DNA of 64,000 nucleotides from NCBI RefSeq assembly GCF_009914755.1, contig NC_060935.1. The stretch is one strand, 5' to 3'. The stretch's first letter is position 1; each line of letters opens with the position of its first letter. The notes under the pieces are model-generated. The model was given only the letters and a program-made list of their open reading frames with translations. It was not told where the DNA came from and did no database searches. The position numbers were made by a program, and so were the translations under genes. The stretch is from the human T2T-CHM13v2.0 reference genome, Homo sapiens. Of this stretch, positions 1 to 15,945 are shown piece after piece.

Positions 1-849
1 TGCAATTTGGGTTATGTCAAAAGCATAAAATCAGGCTTTTCAATATTGCTTCTAACTGCCTGTGCAGCAAATACCCATTTGTCTTATTACTTCATATTAA
101 TGCACATTAGCTATTGACCCTACTTTAGTTGAAATATATAATAACAGACAGATGTGCCAAGTGCCAACCGGTTATTAGAAACTCGAGTTTGATTCCGTGG
201 GTTCCAGGTGGTGGCTGCCATGGAAAATACCTGCGTGACTATTTCAAACATACGAGTAGGCATGAGTGTTCATGATCACTGTATTTGACTGCAAACCTCA
301 AGCAGGATGGCATTTGAAAAGCATATAATATCCGAAACCATAGTATCGAACAGCAGAAGTCTTCTGCTGAAAAATATTCAAGATTACACATGTGGGAACA
401 CGCAACACATGCGGTTTCATATTAACAAATGCCATCAACTTTCAATTATTCATTCAAATGAAAGGCAGCTGCTAGTTTAAAAAAATAAAAAATACAGATA
501 CAAGATTTCAAACTCATTTAAAGATGGCTGATGGCCATAGGCTGCAACCTATGGTCTTTCTTACTCAGCATTTGAATCTACTTATCTATGCTCTGTTCTG
601 ATCAATATTAAAATTGGTTTCATTCTCTAAGCAGCCACTGACTGATGGTAATTGGGCAGAGATGAATTAAAGGTAGGTGTCTGGAGACCTCAGTGTGAGA
701 TTAAAAACATATCATGGTTGGATTATACAGATATACATGCACATCCCGCACACAAACACATAATACATATGTTTTAATGCCATTTTTCAGAAGTATTCTT
801 TTTAACTGGGATATGCAAACAAATCGTCTGGCGATCTTTTTCAAACACA

Positions 850-974
850 AATGCTTAGGTCCCACCATCCAAATAAGTTGAATTAACAAGACTGGGGTGG
901 GCCCCAACCAATGGATTTTTAATAAGTTAAACCCATGCCAGTTGATTCTGAGCACTGCTTCAACTACTGCATTA
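850..974. mobile_element. MER5-like hAT-Charlie DNA transposon relic
   Basis: Degenerate match to recalled MER5 motifs (gtcccacc...gaattaac...ctggggtgggcccca...tttttaataag...tgattctga). Confidence 0.5.
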
Positions 975-1059
975 AAGATCAGAACAACCACAAAAAAAAA
1001 GACTGGGTTTTAGGCACTTGAGGAAGAGCCTTCAGCCTTCCCCAAGACATATAAATGCT

Positions 1060-1298
1060 ACCACCAATGACCCAATTGTTAAAACTGACAATATAGGAGT
1101 ATCCCTTGATTACACATTTTCGCATCCAATCCGCCACCCAAGGCCCTGGTTCTATCTCCAAAACCCTTCTCAATATGTCCAGTTTTTAGTTCAAGCTGTC
1201 ATCTCCCCACCTACCCTGCTGCTTTTTTCCTGGAAATTAGCATGGTGCCAGACACATGATATCTGCCCGACAAATATTAGTTGAAAGAATGAACAAAC
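1060..1298 (+). mobile_element. L2 3' fragment
   Basis: ggagtatcccttga...atccaatcc motifs and L2-type end gtgccagacacat...aaatattagttgaaagaatgaa. Confidence 0.65.
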
Positions 1299-2519
1299 AA
1301 CTGAGCAATTAGGAATTGTGTATTTTTCAACATCTACTTGCACAAGACCTGGTATATACAAAATTGAGTTAATACTAACAGACATTAAATTGAAAAGAAT
1401 GCTGTTAATATATCTAAGTGTAGGGTACAGGACACGAGTCAGACTGAATCTCAGGGAGAAGAAACAGCCCACCAGCACGTTGACCACCACTAGTACTCAG
1501 GGATCTGGATACCTGTGGTCCAAGCTCATGCCATCTCCTGTTTCACTCCTACCCACAGTGGACAAGCTGGGGGAAGGCATGTGCCAGAGCAAAACCAGCT
1601 TCACAGTCCACATGAGGGTATCTGGTGGCAAAACATCAATTATCACCTCCTCGTCTGAGAAGCAGAAGATTGGATTTCTGGAGAGTCTCCACAGCCCACT
1701 TGTGTTCTGTTCAATTCTAATGCTTATGTAAAACACCCTCACATAGGACAAAGGTGATGAAATCACTGCTTGGAATGAAACAAATCTGAATGTAAATGGA
1801 AAAATAATATGGTTAGAACTGAAGAGTCAGACACTATATAAATAGGCTTTGCAAATTAACAAGCACCCGAAAGGCACCCAGAGAAAAGCAGCTGTCCTGA
1901 CCACCAAGGAAGGAAATGCTTCAGCACTGAGGACAGTTCTTGTGGGTCATGCTATTGGTGGTGTTCAGTCCGTGCCCAGAGTTCAGAAGCTGGAGCTAAA
2001 GGCAACTGACAGAACTGACCCATCTCCAAGTGGGCTGAGGCATCCACTAGGCCACCAGGCAGGAGAAGTGAATATCACAGTCCAGGTATCGCAGAGTATT
2101 GTAGGCTTGAGATGCATAAAGAGATTCTGGGAGAAAACAAAGGAGGGGACAAAATAAAGAACGGAGTGGCCACTAAGGGGCCATCCTGGTAAGGTGGGGC
2201 ATGCTCCCACATCCCAGTTTCCCCCAAACTTCATTTATGCCCTCTCCGTGCTCCCAACAGGGACACAAATTAAGGCAAGTTGGCTTGGTCTCTCCAATTC
2301 AGTTAAAATGTTTATTGTTTGTTGTCCAGGATTCTAAATCACTCAGAAGGGAGGTTATTTGTTCTCTCAAGTTCTCCATTACCCCTGTGGGGGCTTGGGA
2401 GAGAGCTTTGAACTGAGAAAAAGCCCTGGCAGTAATTAAATACAAAAGGCCTCCCTGTGCCTCCCCACATTCGGAGTTGGCAGCCGGCTCCAGCCAAGCA
2501 GAAGGGGGAAGATTTGATT

Positions 2520-2725
2520 TTAATCACACTGATTTCATATTTTATTTTGCTCATTAAAATTCCTGATAAGGATTTTCTTCAGCATTCTGTGGTTCTCCCT
2601 GAATATTTGAAGAGGGTCTTTTAGAATATTTTCTCTTTTCATGGCAAATGTTGTCTGATCCCTGCCTGCTCCATGGTCTGAAAAGATTGTCTCCACCTTG
2701 CTCAAATCCAAGATGTGAGAAGTTT
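2520..2725 (-). other. Candidate terminal exon of a minus-strand spliced transcript
   Basis: Minus-strand acceptor ttttttttctctttctctcAG (AG at 2727-2726) and AATAAA at 2546-2541; 3' end position estimated. Confidence 0.4.
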
Positions 2726-3199
2726 CTGAGAGAAAGAGAAAAAAAAATTTTCGGGATGGCATGCCACCACTCTGTAATTACAGCCATGCTGCCTCTGCTC
2801 AGCCCAAGTGAAAAAATCAATTATCTAAGAATGCAGGCCTGGAATCAAGATGAAGAAAAACTTTGCTCTCTGAAGTTGTCTAGAACGTCTAGGAAAAAAC
2901 GGAATTCTGGGTCTGTATAAAACCATACTGCTGGGGAGGGAAGAAAATCCTTTTTAGAAGCAACTGCTAAGACGCCTACGGGCCTCTGTGCCCCAGGTGG
3001 GCTGTCTCTCTGAGGGCAGTGGGACCTCCGGCCTCAGTTACAGGGCAGCGGGGGCAGGCCTTGTTCCTCTGCTATGGGCAGGGCTAAATTGTCACCAATC
3101 AGGCACAAATTTGAAAGAGGCTGAGAATGTTTTATTCTTCAAAAGGACATCAATGCCAATACTTTCTTGCCCACAGAGAATCTAATTTTAGTGTAGAGA

Positions 3200-3345
3200 T
3201 GTATAAATATATATTCATATGTGTGTGTGTAGATATATGTTCTATATATAGAATTAGAGCTATAGTATTATAGCTATACAGAATAGTATATAGTATTATA
3301 GATATATTCTATATATGTATATTCTACATATAGTATCATTATATA
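3200..3345. repeat. TA-rich low-complexity tract
   Basis: Degenerate (TA)n / tatag repeats. Confidence 0.8.
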
Positions 3346-4631
3346 CTCTCCATCTGTACCTCTCTGCATCCTTGAATCTCTTTGACTGCATCTATGATGA
3401 GGATTTGCAAGTACTACGTTCTATATTCTGGGTTCTCTGGATGAAGCCTGTCCTCCTGGAGAGGGGAGGGGAGACGAAGGTCTTGGCCTCAGTCCTTGGC
3501 AGTGGTGAAGGGCCCCGTGGGCTGAGCCACGTCACTAGACTCCCTTCCTAATGGAAGCTCTGGTATGAAAAGCCCAGTACATTCTCACTGTGCACTGCTT
3601 CAGACGTGCTGTATTCTGATAGCGAATGCGAGAAGTTCTGATTTGGCATAAATATGTATCAAAGCATTCCTTTTTGGCCTCTTCGTTTACCCATAAAATA
3701 TTAGATTGCCGGATGGCATTATTTGGGGTGCTCATTCCCAGCCTCCCTTATGTGCTCAAACACCTACAAAATTACTCCAATTGTTGCTAGCTTGTTAACT
3801 TCAACTAGCAAGTGGAAACAATTTACCTTTTGTCATTTTACTCCAACAAAACTCTATTCCCACTGAAGTAATTTTAACGCCTATCAAAATGCAGAAACAA
3901 CCAAAAAACAGAGAGATTATATATATATGTTTGTGCATATATGTGCTTGTATATGTAGACATATATATCCCACTTTTAGTAGATTAGAATATATATAAAT
4001 TGTAATTCTATTAATAGGCAATAAATGATGATGACGTTTTAAGATGTCCTAAGAACCCATTATCAGGAAATCTGATCAAGTTACTCTAGGCAGGAGGGAT
4101 GACTACTTGCCAAGATGAGCAGCCTGTTTTCTATGTTCAAAGTGCTCATATGGGAGAAAACTAGGAATTAGAGAATGAGAAAGACATGTCCTTAATCGAC
4201 CTCTACAGAGCTCATCTGGGAAGAAAGTGGGTCCCTTCTTTCCTGCAATGCGGCCCTCTGTTCTGGACTCCACCTCAAGCATTTTGTCCTCTTCAGTCTT
4301 TTGTGTGCTAATGCTGTTTCCTAAAGAACAAACTCTTGTCCATCACAATAGAACGGAAGGCCTTGCTCTTGTCTGAAGCTGTGCACTCCCACTTCCTGCA
4401 ATCTCTTTACTTAGCAGCAAATTTTCCTTCATTAAAATTAAGCCTCATTTCTTGCTCATCTTTTCCTGTTTTTCTCAGCAAAACTGAGTGCAATCCTGAA
4501 CCTGTTTTTCTTGCTGCTTTATTTTCTTGTCAGTTCATAACTGAGTCCTCTTTCCCTCCAAAAACAATTGAGAGCTTTATTCCACCCGATTTTGCCTCTC
4601 CTTTGTGTGGGAAACAAGAAGAAGAGAAGAT

Positions 4632-5630
4632 GAGGAGTGTGGGTGTGTGTATGTGGGGTGTGTGTATGTGTGTGGGGGTGTGGGTGTGTATAAGTGTGTG
4701 GGGGGAGTGGGTGTGTGTATGTGTGTGTGGGGGTGGGGGTGTATGTGTTTGGGGGTGTGGGTATGTATAAGTGTGTGGAAACAGTGGGTGTGGATATGCA
4801 TGTGTGTGGGTGCGTGTATGTGTGTGTATGTGTGTGTGGGGTGTGTGTGTATGTGTATGAGGGGGTGTGGGTGTGTGTATGTGTGGGAGTGTGGGTATGT
4901 GTAAGTGTGTGGGGGGAGTGGGTGTGGGTATATGTGTGTGTGGGGTGTCGGTGTGTGTATGTGGGTGTTGGGTTGTGGGTATATGTGTGTACAGAGTGTG
5001 GGTGGGTGTATGTGGGTGTTGGGGAGTGTGGGTGTATGTGTGTGGGTGGGGGTGGGGGTGTGAGTATGGGTGTGTATATTGTGTAGTGGGGTGTGGGTGT
5101 AGGGGGTATATAAGTGGGGGAGGTGTAGGTGAGGGTGTGTGGGGCAGTGAGTGTGTGGATGTGGATGTGGGGTGTGGGTGTGTGTACATTTGTGGGTGGG
5201 GGTTGTGGGTGTATGATTGTGTGTATATTGTGTAGTGACGTGTGGGTGTGGGGGGTGTATAAGTGAGGGAGGTGTGGGTGAGGGTGTGTGGGGCGGCGAG
5301 TGTGTGTGTGGGGCGTGGGTGGGGTGTGTGTATGAGGTGGGGTATGTGGTGGTGTGTGTATGTGGGTGAGGGGGTGTGGGTGTATGGGGAGGGTGTGTGT
5401 ATGTGGGTGTGGGTGCGTGTATGTGTGTGTGGGGTGTGGGTGGGATGTGTGCACGAGATGGGGTATGTGGTGGTGTGTGTATGTGGGGGGAGGGTGTGGG
5501 TGTGTGGGGAGGGTGAGTGTGTGTATGTGGGTGTGGGTGTGTGTAGTGTGTGTGGGATGTGGGTGGGGTGTGTGTATGAGGGGGTATGTGGGTATGTGTG
5601 TATGTGGGCGGGGGATATGTGGTGTGTGAG
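4632..5630. repeat. ~1 kb complex GT-rich simple repeat (GT/GGGT/GTAT)
   Basis: Plus strand almost entirely G/T with scattered A; internal duplicated blocks. Confidence 0.97.
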
Positions 5631-6444
5631 TTGTTAGCAGGTGAGGGGTTAGGAAGTGTTTTTCCTAAATGTCCAGGATGTACTAGAAGGATCCATTTGT
5701 ATATTTTGGCACCAGGTTTTTGTGCAGACTCTAGGATTACTGATTGTGTTTCAGTGTATTTACGCTCATTGCAGAGATAGTGTGGCCTTATATATCCATC
5801 TGGAGTGTCAACTGCTCGAGGTAATTCTCTAGGGTCAGATTCCTAGACAGGGAGGTAACAGAAAAAAATCGTGGAATTAGCATTGGATTCTCTGAAACAG
5901 CAGATCTCAAGCTTCGATAAATCTGCCCCTCCTTAAGGCTATCTGCCCATCTCTTTAGTTTATGCTCATTTTCCCTTCTTCTCTCAATCAGGTTATCTAC
6001 CTAACTTCTGTTTAAGGACCAACATAGATACATGGAATTCTATAGACCTAAACTTTCATAATTGCCAGATTCTCTGAGCAGCACTGAAGCCTCCACTTCC
6101 TTTGATAGGCAGAGACATAGAATGACTGTTCAATGTTCCCTGGTATGTTGGGGTTGCAGCAGAGTTCAGGGACCCTGGGTACAGCTACTACTCGGAGGCC
6201 AAGTAAAGGGGAGTCCACCTAAGCCTGGAATCATGTGCACCAGGGTTCTGATCAAACTGACAAGGTGCTCGCACTGTAAATATGAGTTTTGAGAAGACAC
6301 TTGGAGGTATTCAGAGACAAAGCTGCAGAGAACACTATACGGGTTTGGTGGCTATTTTAGATATTCTTCAGTTTCCGTTTGACTTTCTTAACTCCTATGC
6401 TTACTAAAAACCTAGGCACTCATTAAAAGACGGCTAAAAACTGA

Positions 6445-9228
<2,784 letters not shown>

Positions 9229-9264
9229 AAAAAATGTTCTCATTTGCACAATTAAGAGGGGTAA

Positions 9265-9385
9265 ACTTATTTATATTTTCCTCCTTTGTTGTATGAGACA
9301 ACCGAAGTTCAAAGAAGTTAATAAAATTGTTTAATAGTTACACAGCTAATAGTGGGCAAAGTCATGATTTGAACCCAAGTCCAAG
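9265..9385 (-). mobile_element. MIR
   Basis: gagacaaccgaagttcaaagaagttaa...gttacacagctaatagtgggcaaagtcatgatttgaacccaag. Confidence 0.75.
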
Positions 9386-10260
9386 TTATTACAAAGGGTG
9401 TCCCTCTATCTGCTTTCCAATACAATTGGTGTAGATAAAGTGAGGATCCAGGAGTAAAACTGGAAGAGAAAGGGATTTGGTCACTCATGAGCCTTTGTGT
9501 TGCTCTATTATTATAGAAAGTTCAAGAACGAGCAGGTGAGATGAAAGCAGCAGACCCTGCAAGGAGTGGCCCCGTAGAGTCAGAACTGAAACCAAACCCC
9601 ACTTGCCTGCTGGCCTGGTAAGCTGGTAAGTTGCAAAAGGAGGAAGAATTGGCTGTGGGCTGTGACTTGACCCATGTCTTAGATCCTTACCAGTATGGGT
9701 GACAAGGACAGCTGACATCAATCATGCAATGTAGGCTCCCACCCCAGTCCTCTCTACTCTGGAGGAGTGTCGCCATTTCCACAGAGACCACAGGGGGATC
9801 AGAGCCACCGTGGCTTTAGTTACAGCCTTTACTTCTAACTGGAGTTTTCTTATTTCTTTCTCATTATTTTTAATTTTCAAGTACTAACAAAACAAAAACA
9901 AAAAACACTCTTTTTTAAAAAGTATCACTATTGTTTCTAAATGTTTAGTTTATGCTGTGGGTTTAGCCTTGTCTCTTAATCATTGGCTTTAAGACTTGTC
10001 AATTACATACTATTTTCTAACTCTTGACCTTTTACCTTTATTATAACTCAACCTCTATTATTTCAAAATTCTACTTTATTTCTATTTGAAATTTTAGCAT
10101 TTGTAAAACATTAATCACATCTTATCCTTCTACCTTTCCATTATTGCACATAGGCCATCTTTCCTTTACTTATTTTCTAAATTTTTCCTGTATTTGATTT
10201 ACATTTATAAAAACCTACAGAAAGTATGGCCATGGTGGCTACTTTTTCCATTAAAAAAAT

Positions 10261-11247
10261 TTCTTTTTGCTTAGGATTGCCTTGGCTATTTGGGCTCTTT
10301 TTTGGTTCCATATAAATTTTAAAATATTTTTTTCTAGTTTTTGTGAAGAGTGTCATTCGTAGTTTGATAGGAGTAGCATAGAATCTGTAAATTGCTTTGG
10401 AAAGTATAGTCATTTGAACGATAATGATTCTTCCTATCCATGAGCATGGGATGATTTCCATCTGTGTCTTCTCTGATTTCTTTGAGCAAGGTTTTGTAAT
10501 TCTCATTGTAGAGACCTATCATCTCCCTAGTTAGCCATATTTCTAGTTATTTTATTTTATGTGTGTGGCAATTGTGAATGAGATTGCCTTTCTGATTTGG
10601 CTCTCAGTTTGGTTGTTGGTGGTGTACAGGAATGCCAGTAATTTTTGCACATTGATTTTGTATCCTGCAACTTTGCTGATGTTTTTAACCAGCTGAAGGA
10701 GCTTCAGCTGGCTATGGGGTTTTCTAGCTAGAGAATGATGTCATCTGGAACAGAGATAGTTTGAGTTTCTCTCTTCCTATTTGGATGCCCTTTATTTCTT
10801 TCTCTTGCCTGAATGATTTGGCTAGCACTTCCCATACTATGTTGAATAGAAGTGGTGAGAGAATAGAAGTGGTGAGAGAGGGCATTCTTGTCTTGTAATG
10901 GATTTCAAGGGCAATGCTTCCAGCTTTTGCCCATTCAGTAAAATGTTGGCTGTGGGTATGTCATAGATGGCTCTTATTATTTTGAGGTCTGTTTCTTTAA
11001 TACCTACTTTATTGAAAGTTTTTAACATGAAGTTAAAAACTTTATGTTAAAATAAATGGGAAAAAGCCTTTTATGTATCTACTGAAATAGTCATGTGGTT
11101 TTTGTTTTTAGTTCTGTTTATCTGATGAATCACATTGATTAGTTTTCATATGTTGAACCAACCTTGCCTGCGGGGATGAAGTCTACTTGATCATGGTGGA
11201 TTTGCTTTTTAATGTGTTGCTGGATTTGGTTTGCAAGTATTTTATTG

Positions 11248-11249
<2 letters not shown>
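10261..11249 (-). mobile_element. Inverted 5' segment of an L1PA13/14-like element
   Basis: Antisense ORF2 ([25 protein letters not shown] in the ORF track); left end equals L1-sense ...cctaagcaaaaagaa. Confidence 0.92.
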
Positions 11250-13047
<1,798 letters not shown>

Positions 13048-13379
13048 ACACTTTAACCCATTGGCCTCTTTTCAGATGTTAGGGTCCAGAACAAGCAGAC
13101 CGAGCCCTGCTCCCATAGAGTGTACCAGTGAGTGAGAGCCAAGAGCCCCATAATCAATGGACTTTGGTGAGGATTAACTTGCAATCTTCTGGATCTCCAT
13201 GGGAGAGGGTTTGTAGAGGCCATTGGCCAGTCTGGGGCGGCCTTTGGGTAGGGCATGAGAGGGGCAACAGGAATAAGCCCATTGATGATGTGCTGTCTCT
13301 GCTCTTACCTACTGGTGCGCTCCATGGAAGCAGAGCTCAGTCTGTGGCTGGACCCTAAATCTGAAACACATTAAATGGA

Positions 13380-13560
13380 TGCATGTTTCAACTTGAACTG
13401 TTGACATGTTGGGCTGGCTACTTTGCCGGGGGCTGTCCCATGCCTGTGTTTAGCCACAGCCCTGAACTTTGCTCTCTACATGTCATTAGCAACTCCCTTT
13501 CAGACATTGTAAAATGTCCCCTTGGCAACAAAATCACCTCTGGTTGAGAACCTCAGCTTT
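13380..13560. mobile_element. MER20 (hAT-Charlie)
   Basis: actgttgacatgttgggctgg...cagacattgtaaaatgtcccc...caaaatcacctctggttgagaacc. Confidence 0.85.
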
Positions 13561-13561
13561 A

Positions 13562-13727
13562 ATCCTTACAACCATCTTTCATGATGGGCAAGGCTGCCGT
13601 TCTTACTCTTCATTTTATAATAAAGGAAGCTCAGGCTGAAAGGCTGTGATTTCCCCAAAGTCATACAGAATGGCAGAATGGTCCAGGTGACTAGATTTCC
13701 TAACTCCAAATCCAGTTCTCATTTCAA
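13562..13727 (-). mobile_element. MIR
   Basis: atccttacaacc...cattttataataaaggaagctcaggc...ccaaagtcatacag...aactccaaatccag. Confidence 0.75.
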
Positions 13728-13747
13728 CACATGTCAGCACTTCGTAC

Positions 13748-13900
13748 CTGACAAGTGGCCGGCAGATTGTCTTCAGAACAAGACAAGGCGGACTTCAATT
13801 TACAGTGTGGGCCCTGGACTGCGTCACCCCTGGAGGCTGCATCCATGAAGTCAGCGCCTCTCCTGGTGAGGCTGCTGCTGGTGTAGGCAAACTCGGTGGG
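13748..13900 (-). other. Candidate internal exon (153 nt, frame 0 open)
   Basis: atcatAG acceptor (13902-13901), CAG|GTACGA donor; GC-richer than flanks. Confidence 0.3.
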
Positions 13901-14770
13901 CTATGATATTACATAGATTAAAGGAGGGAAAGCATCCTCAGCCTCCCTAAAATTGTTTTCAATGATGGCCTCTGGACTAGAGGATAAGTTGACTTTCAAT
14001 CAGAAAAACAGTTAATTCAACACTGGAATCGCCTCCTCCAAGTCTTTGACATCATCCTCACTCTCATTCCAAATCTCCTTAAGACAGTGTGTCTTGGACA
14101 ATTAACCGGGCGAGGATGCAGCAAAACTGACCCAGCTGTATGGATTAAGAGAGGAGGTGCAGGCTACTGGCAAGTGTAGCTCCCAAGAATCAAACTGATA
14201 ACCCGTTGAGGTCCAAGCAGGAAGCTGGTTGTAGGAGTTGTTCACTGCAGGCTCAGGGTGTCCTACCAACCACAGAGAACAACACTGATGGGAGTCCTGA
14301 AAGAAAGGAGTCTCCATCTAGGGGCTCTGTTTGCAAGTAGCAGGACACAGCCACATGTAGAGTCCAATTCCTGAAAGGAGGAACCAATAAAGCATGCCAG
14401 GATGCCTATCCCAGGATGAAACTAGAGGGCCAGGTTAGGAAATGGAATCAATATCATTAAAGAAGTGGACTTCAGAACAAAGGTGAGGGCTGTCTCATGG
14501 CCAAGGTACCCAATCAAAGTTATGTAAAAAAGTGAAGGCCGCATGATACAGAGCTCACAGCGTGCAGGACAAGAACTGGTAATACTAATCCCTTCTGTCT
14601 CAGAGCAGCGTTGGTCTTGGGATCTGGGGGATAAATGAAGGAGATCCACTAGGTATGAGACTCAGAGGCCAGGAGCCAAACAGGTTTTAGGAAAACACTT
14701 TAGCCTCTTTGGGTCTCACAGAATTATAGATTCCACTAATGGGAAAAAAAAAAGACAAACTCAAGTAGTA

Positions 14771-15003
14771 GGATCTAGTGGCTAAGAATTTGGAATCTAG
14801 GACCAGACAAATCTAGGTTAAAGTTTGTATATTGAATAAGTGTATTGCCATTGATATATAATGTCTCTAAGACATAGTAGCATTGCTTTTAAGATGGAAG
14901 TCAATATAGAATCCCTTTTATAGGATTGAGAAATTTAAATGAGACAAGAAATAGAAATGTCCCAGTGCCTGAAATACAATAGAAATTCATTCAGTGTTAG
15001 TTT
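14771..15003 (+). mobile_element. MIR
   Basis: ctagtggctaagaatttggaatctaggaccagac...ttaaatgaga...cagtgcctgaaatacaatag. Confidence 0.65.
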
Positions 15004-15708
15004 AAAAGAAATCAATTTCCCCCAGCCTCAACTGAGCATTTCACTTGGAGTGAGAGGAATAAAAAGGATGGGCAGATTGCTGTTGCTATCAGAGGTTCTA
15101 CTTTTAGTGAATGTCCTTGCTCTTAGCATCTCTCTTTCCTTACTTCCTTACACCCCCATTTGTTATGAAAAGAATGAGGACTTCTTCCTCCCCATTTTTG
15201 TGATACCCAGGGATTTTCTACAGATGGAAATATTTAACATTCTCCAGAAGCTCAAGGGCAGGCTTCAAGTTAGCACAGCTATACCTGGATTCTGATGTGG
15301 AGACAAATTGCTACTTCATTATAGAACCAGTGAGAAGCATCCAATTTTGAAGGCTGTTAAATTTGCAAGGGCAGCAAAGAACCAAATGAATATAAAATGC
15401 AGAATGGCCTCACACAGGCACAGCATCTTATCTTAGAGGCAAAAGAGAAGCGCGCAACCCCTCATGCCCTGGAAAGATGTTTTATGACAGTAAAAATAGT
15501 TGGGGTAAGTCTATGCTATTTAGATATGATAAGCAAGACATGAAATGTCAGTAATTCTGTTTCTTTTCCTAAGGCAAGAGATGCCAAGGAGTCAGCCACC
15601 ATTTTGAGAGAATCTCTGAACACCTGTCACCTGTGCAGACCTCTCTGTAAAGCTTAGAGACAGAGACTCCCTTAGTCTCTAAATACTACCACCCACTGGC
15701 CCACTCAC

Positions 15709-15945
15709 CTACAGTGCTGCTATTGATCAATATGCAGTCAACAGATGTCTGGTCTTGCAAGGCAGGAGGAACAATCGCCCAGTTGCCTGGGGAACCACGG
15801 ACTTCCATGGAAGTCTCGCAGGATCCGCTGCAGGGCCAGTAACAACAGAGACTGCAAGCTCAGGTGGCCTCAGCTCTTGCCCCTTTTTGTGGATTTCTGA
15901 GCTATCTGGGGAAGTCAGCAACCACTTTAGTGCCTTTACCTGCTG
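15709..15945 (-). other. Candidate internal exon (237 nt)
   Basis: Acceptor cttcttcccacAG followed by CAGCAG; consensus donor TAG|GTGAGT at 15708-15703. Confidence 0.35.

Noticed and set aside
351-556. Short inverted repeats CAGCAGAAG-T-CTTCTGCTG (351-369) and CCATAGG-N6-CCTATGG (535-554)
   Set aside because: Arms of 7-9 bp are expected by chance in 64 kb; no supporting context.
4336-5780. Many long ORFs (His/Thr/Pro-rich and Val/Cys/Gly-rich, up to 311 aa)
   Set aside because: Produced by the GT-rich simple repeat, which rarely forms stop codons; open in several frames on both strands.
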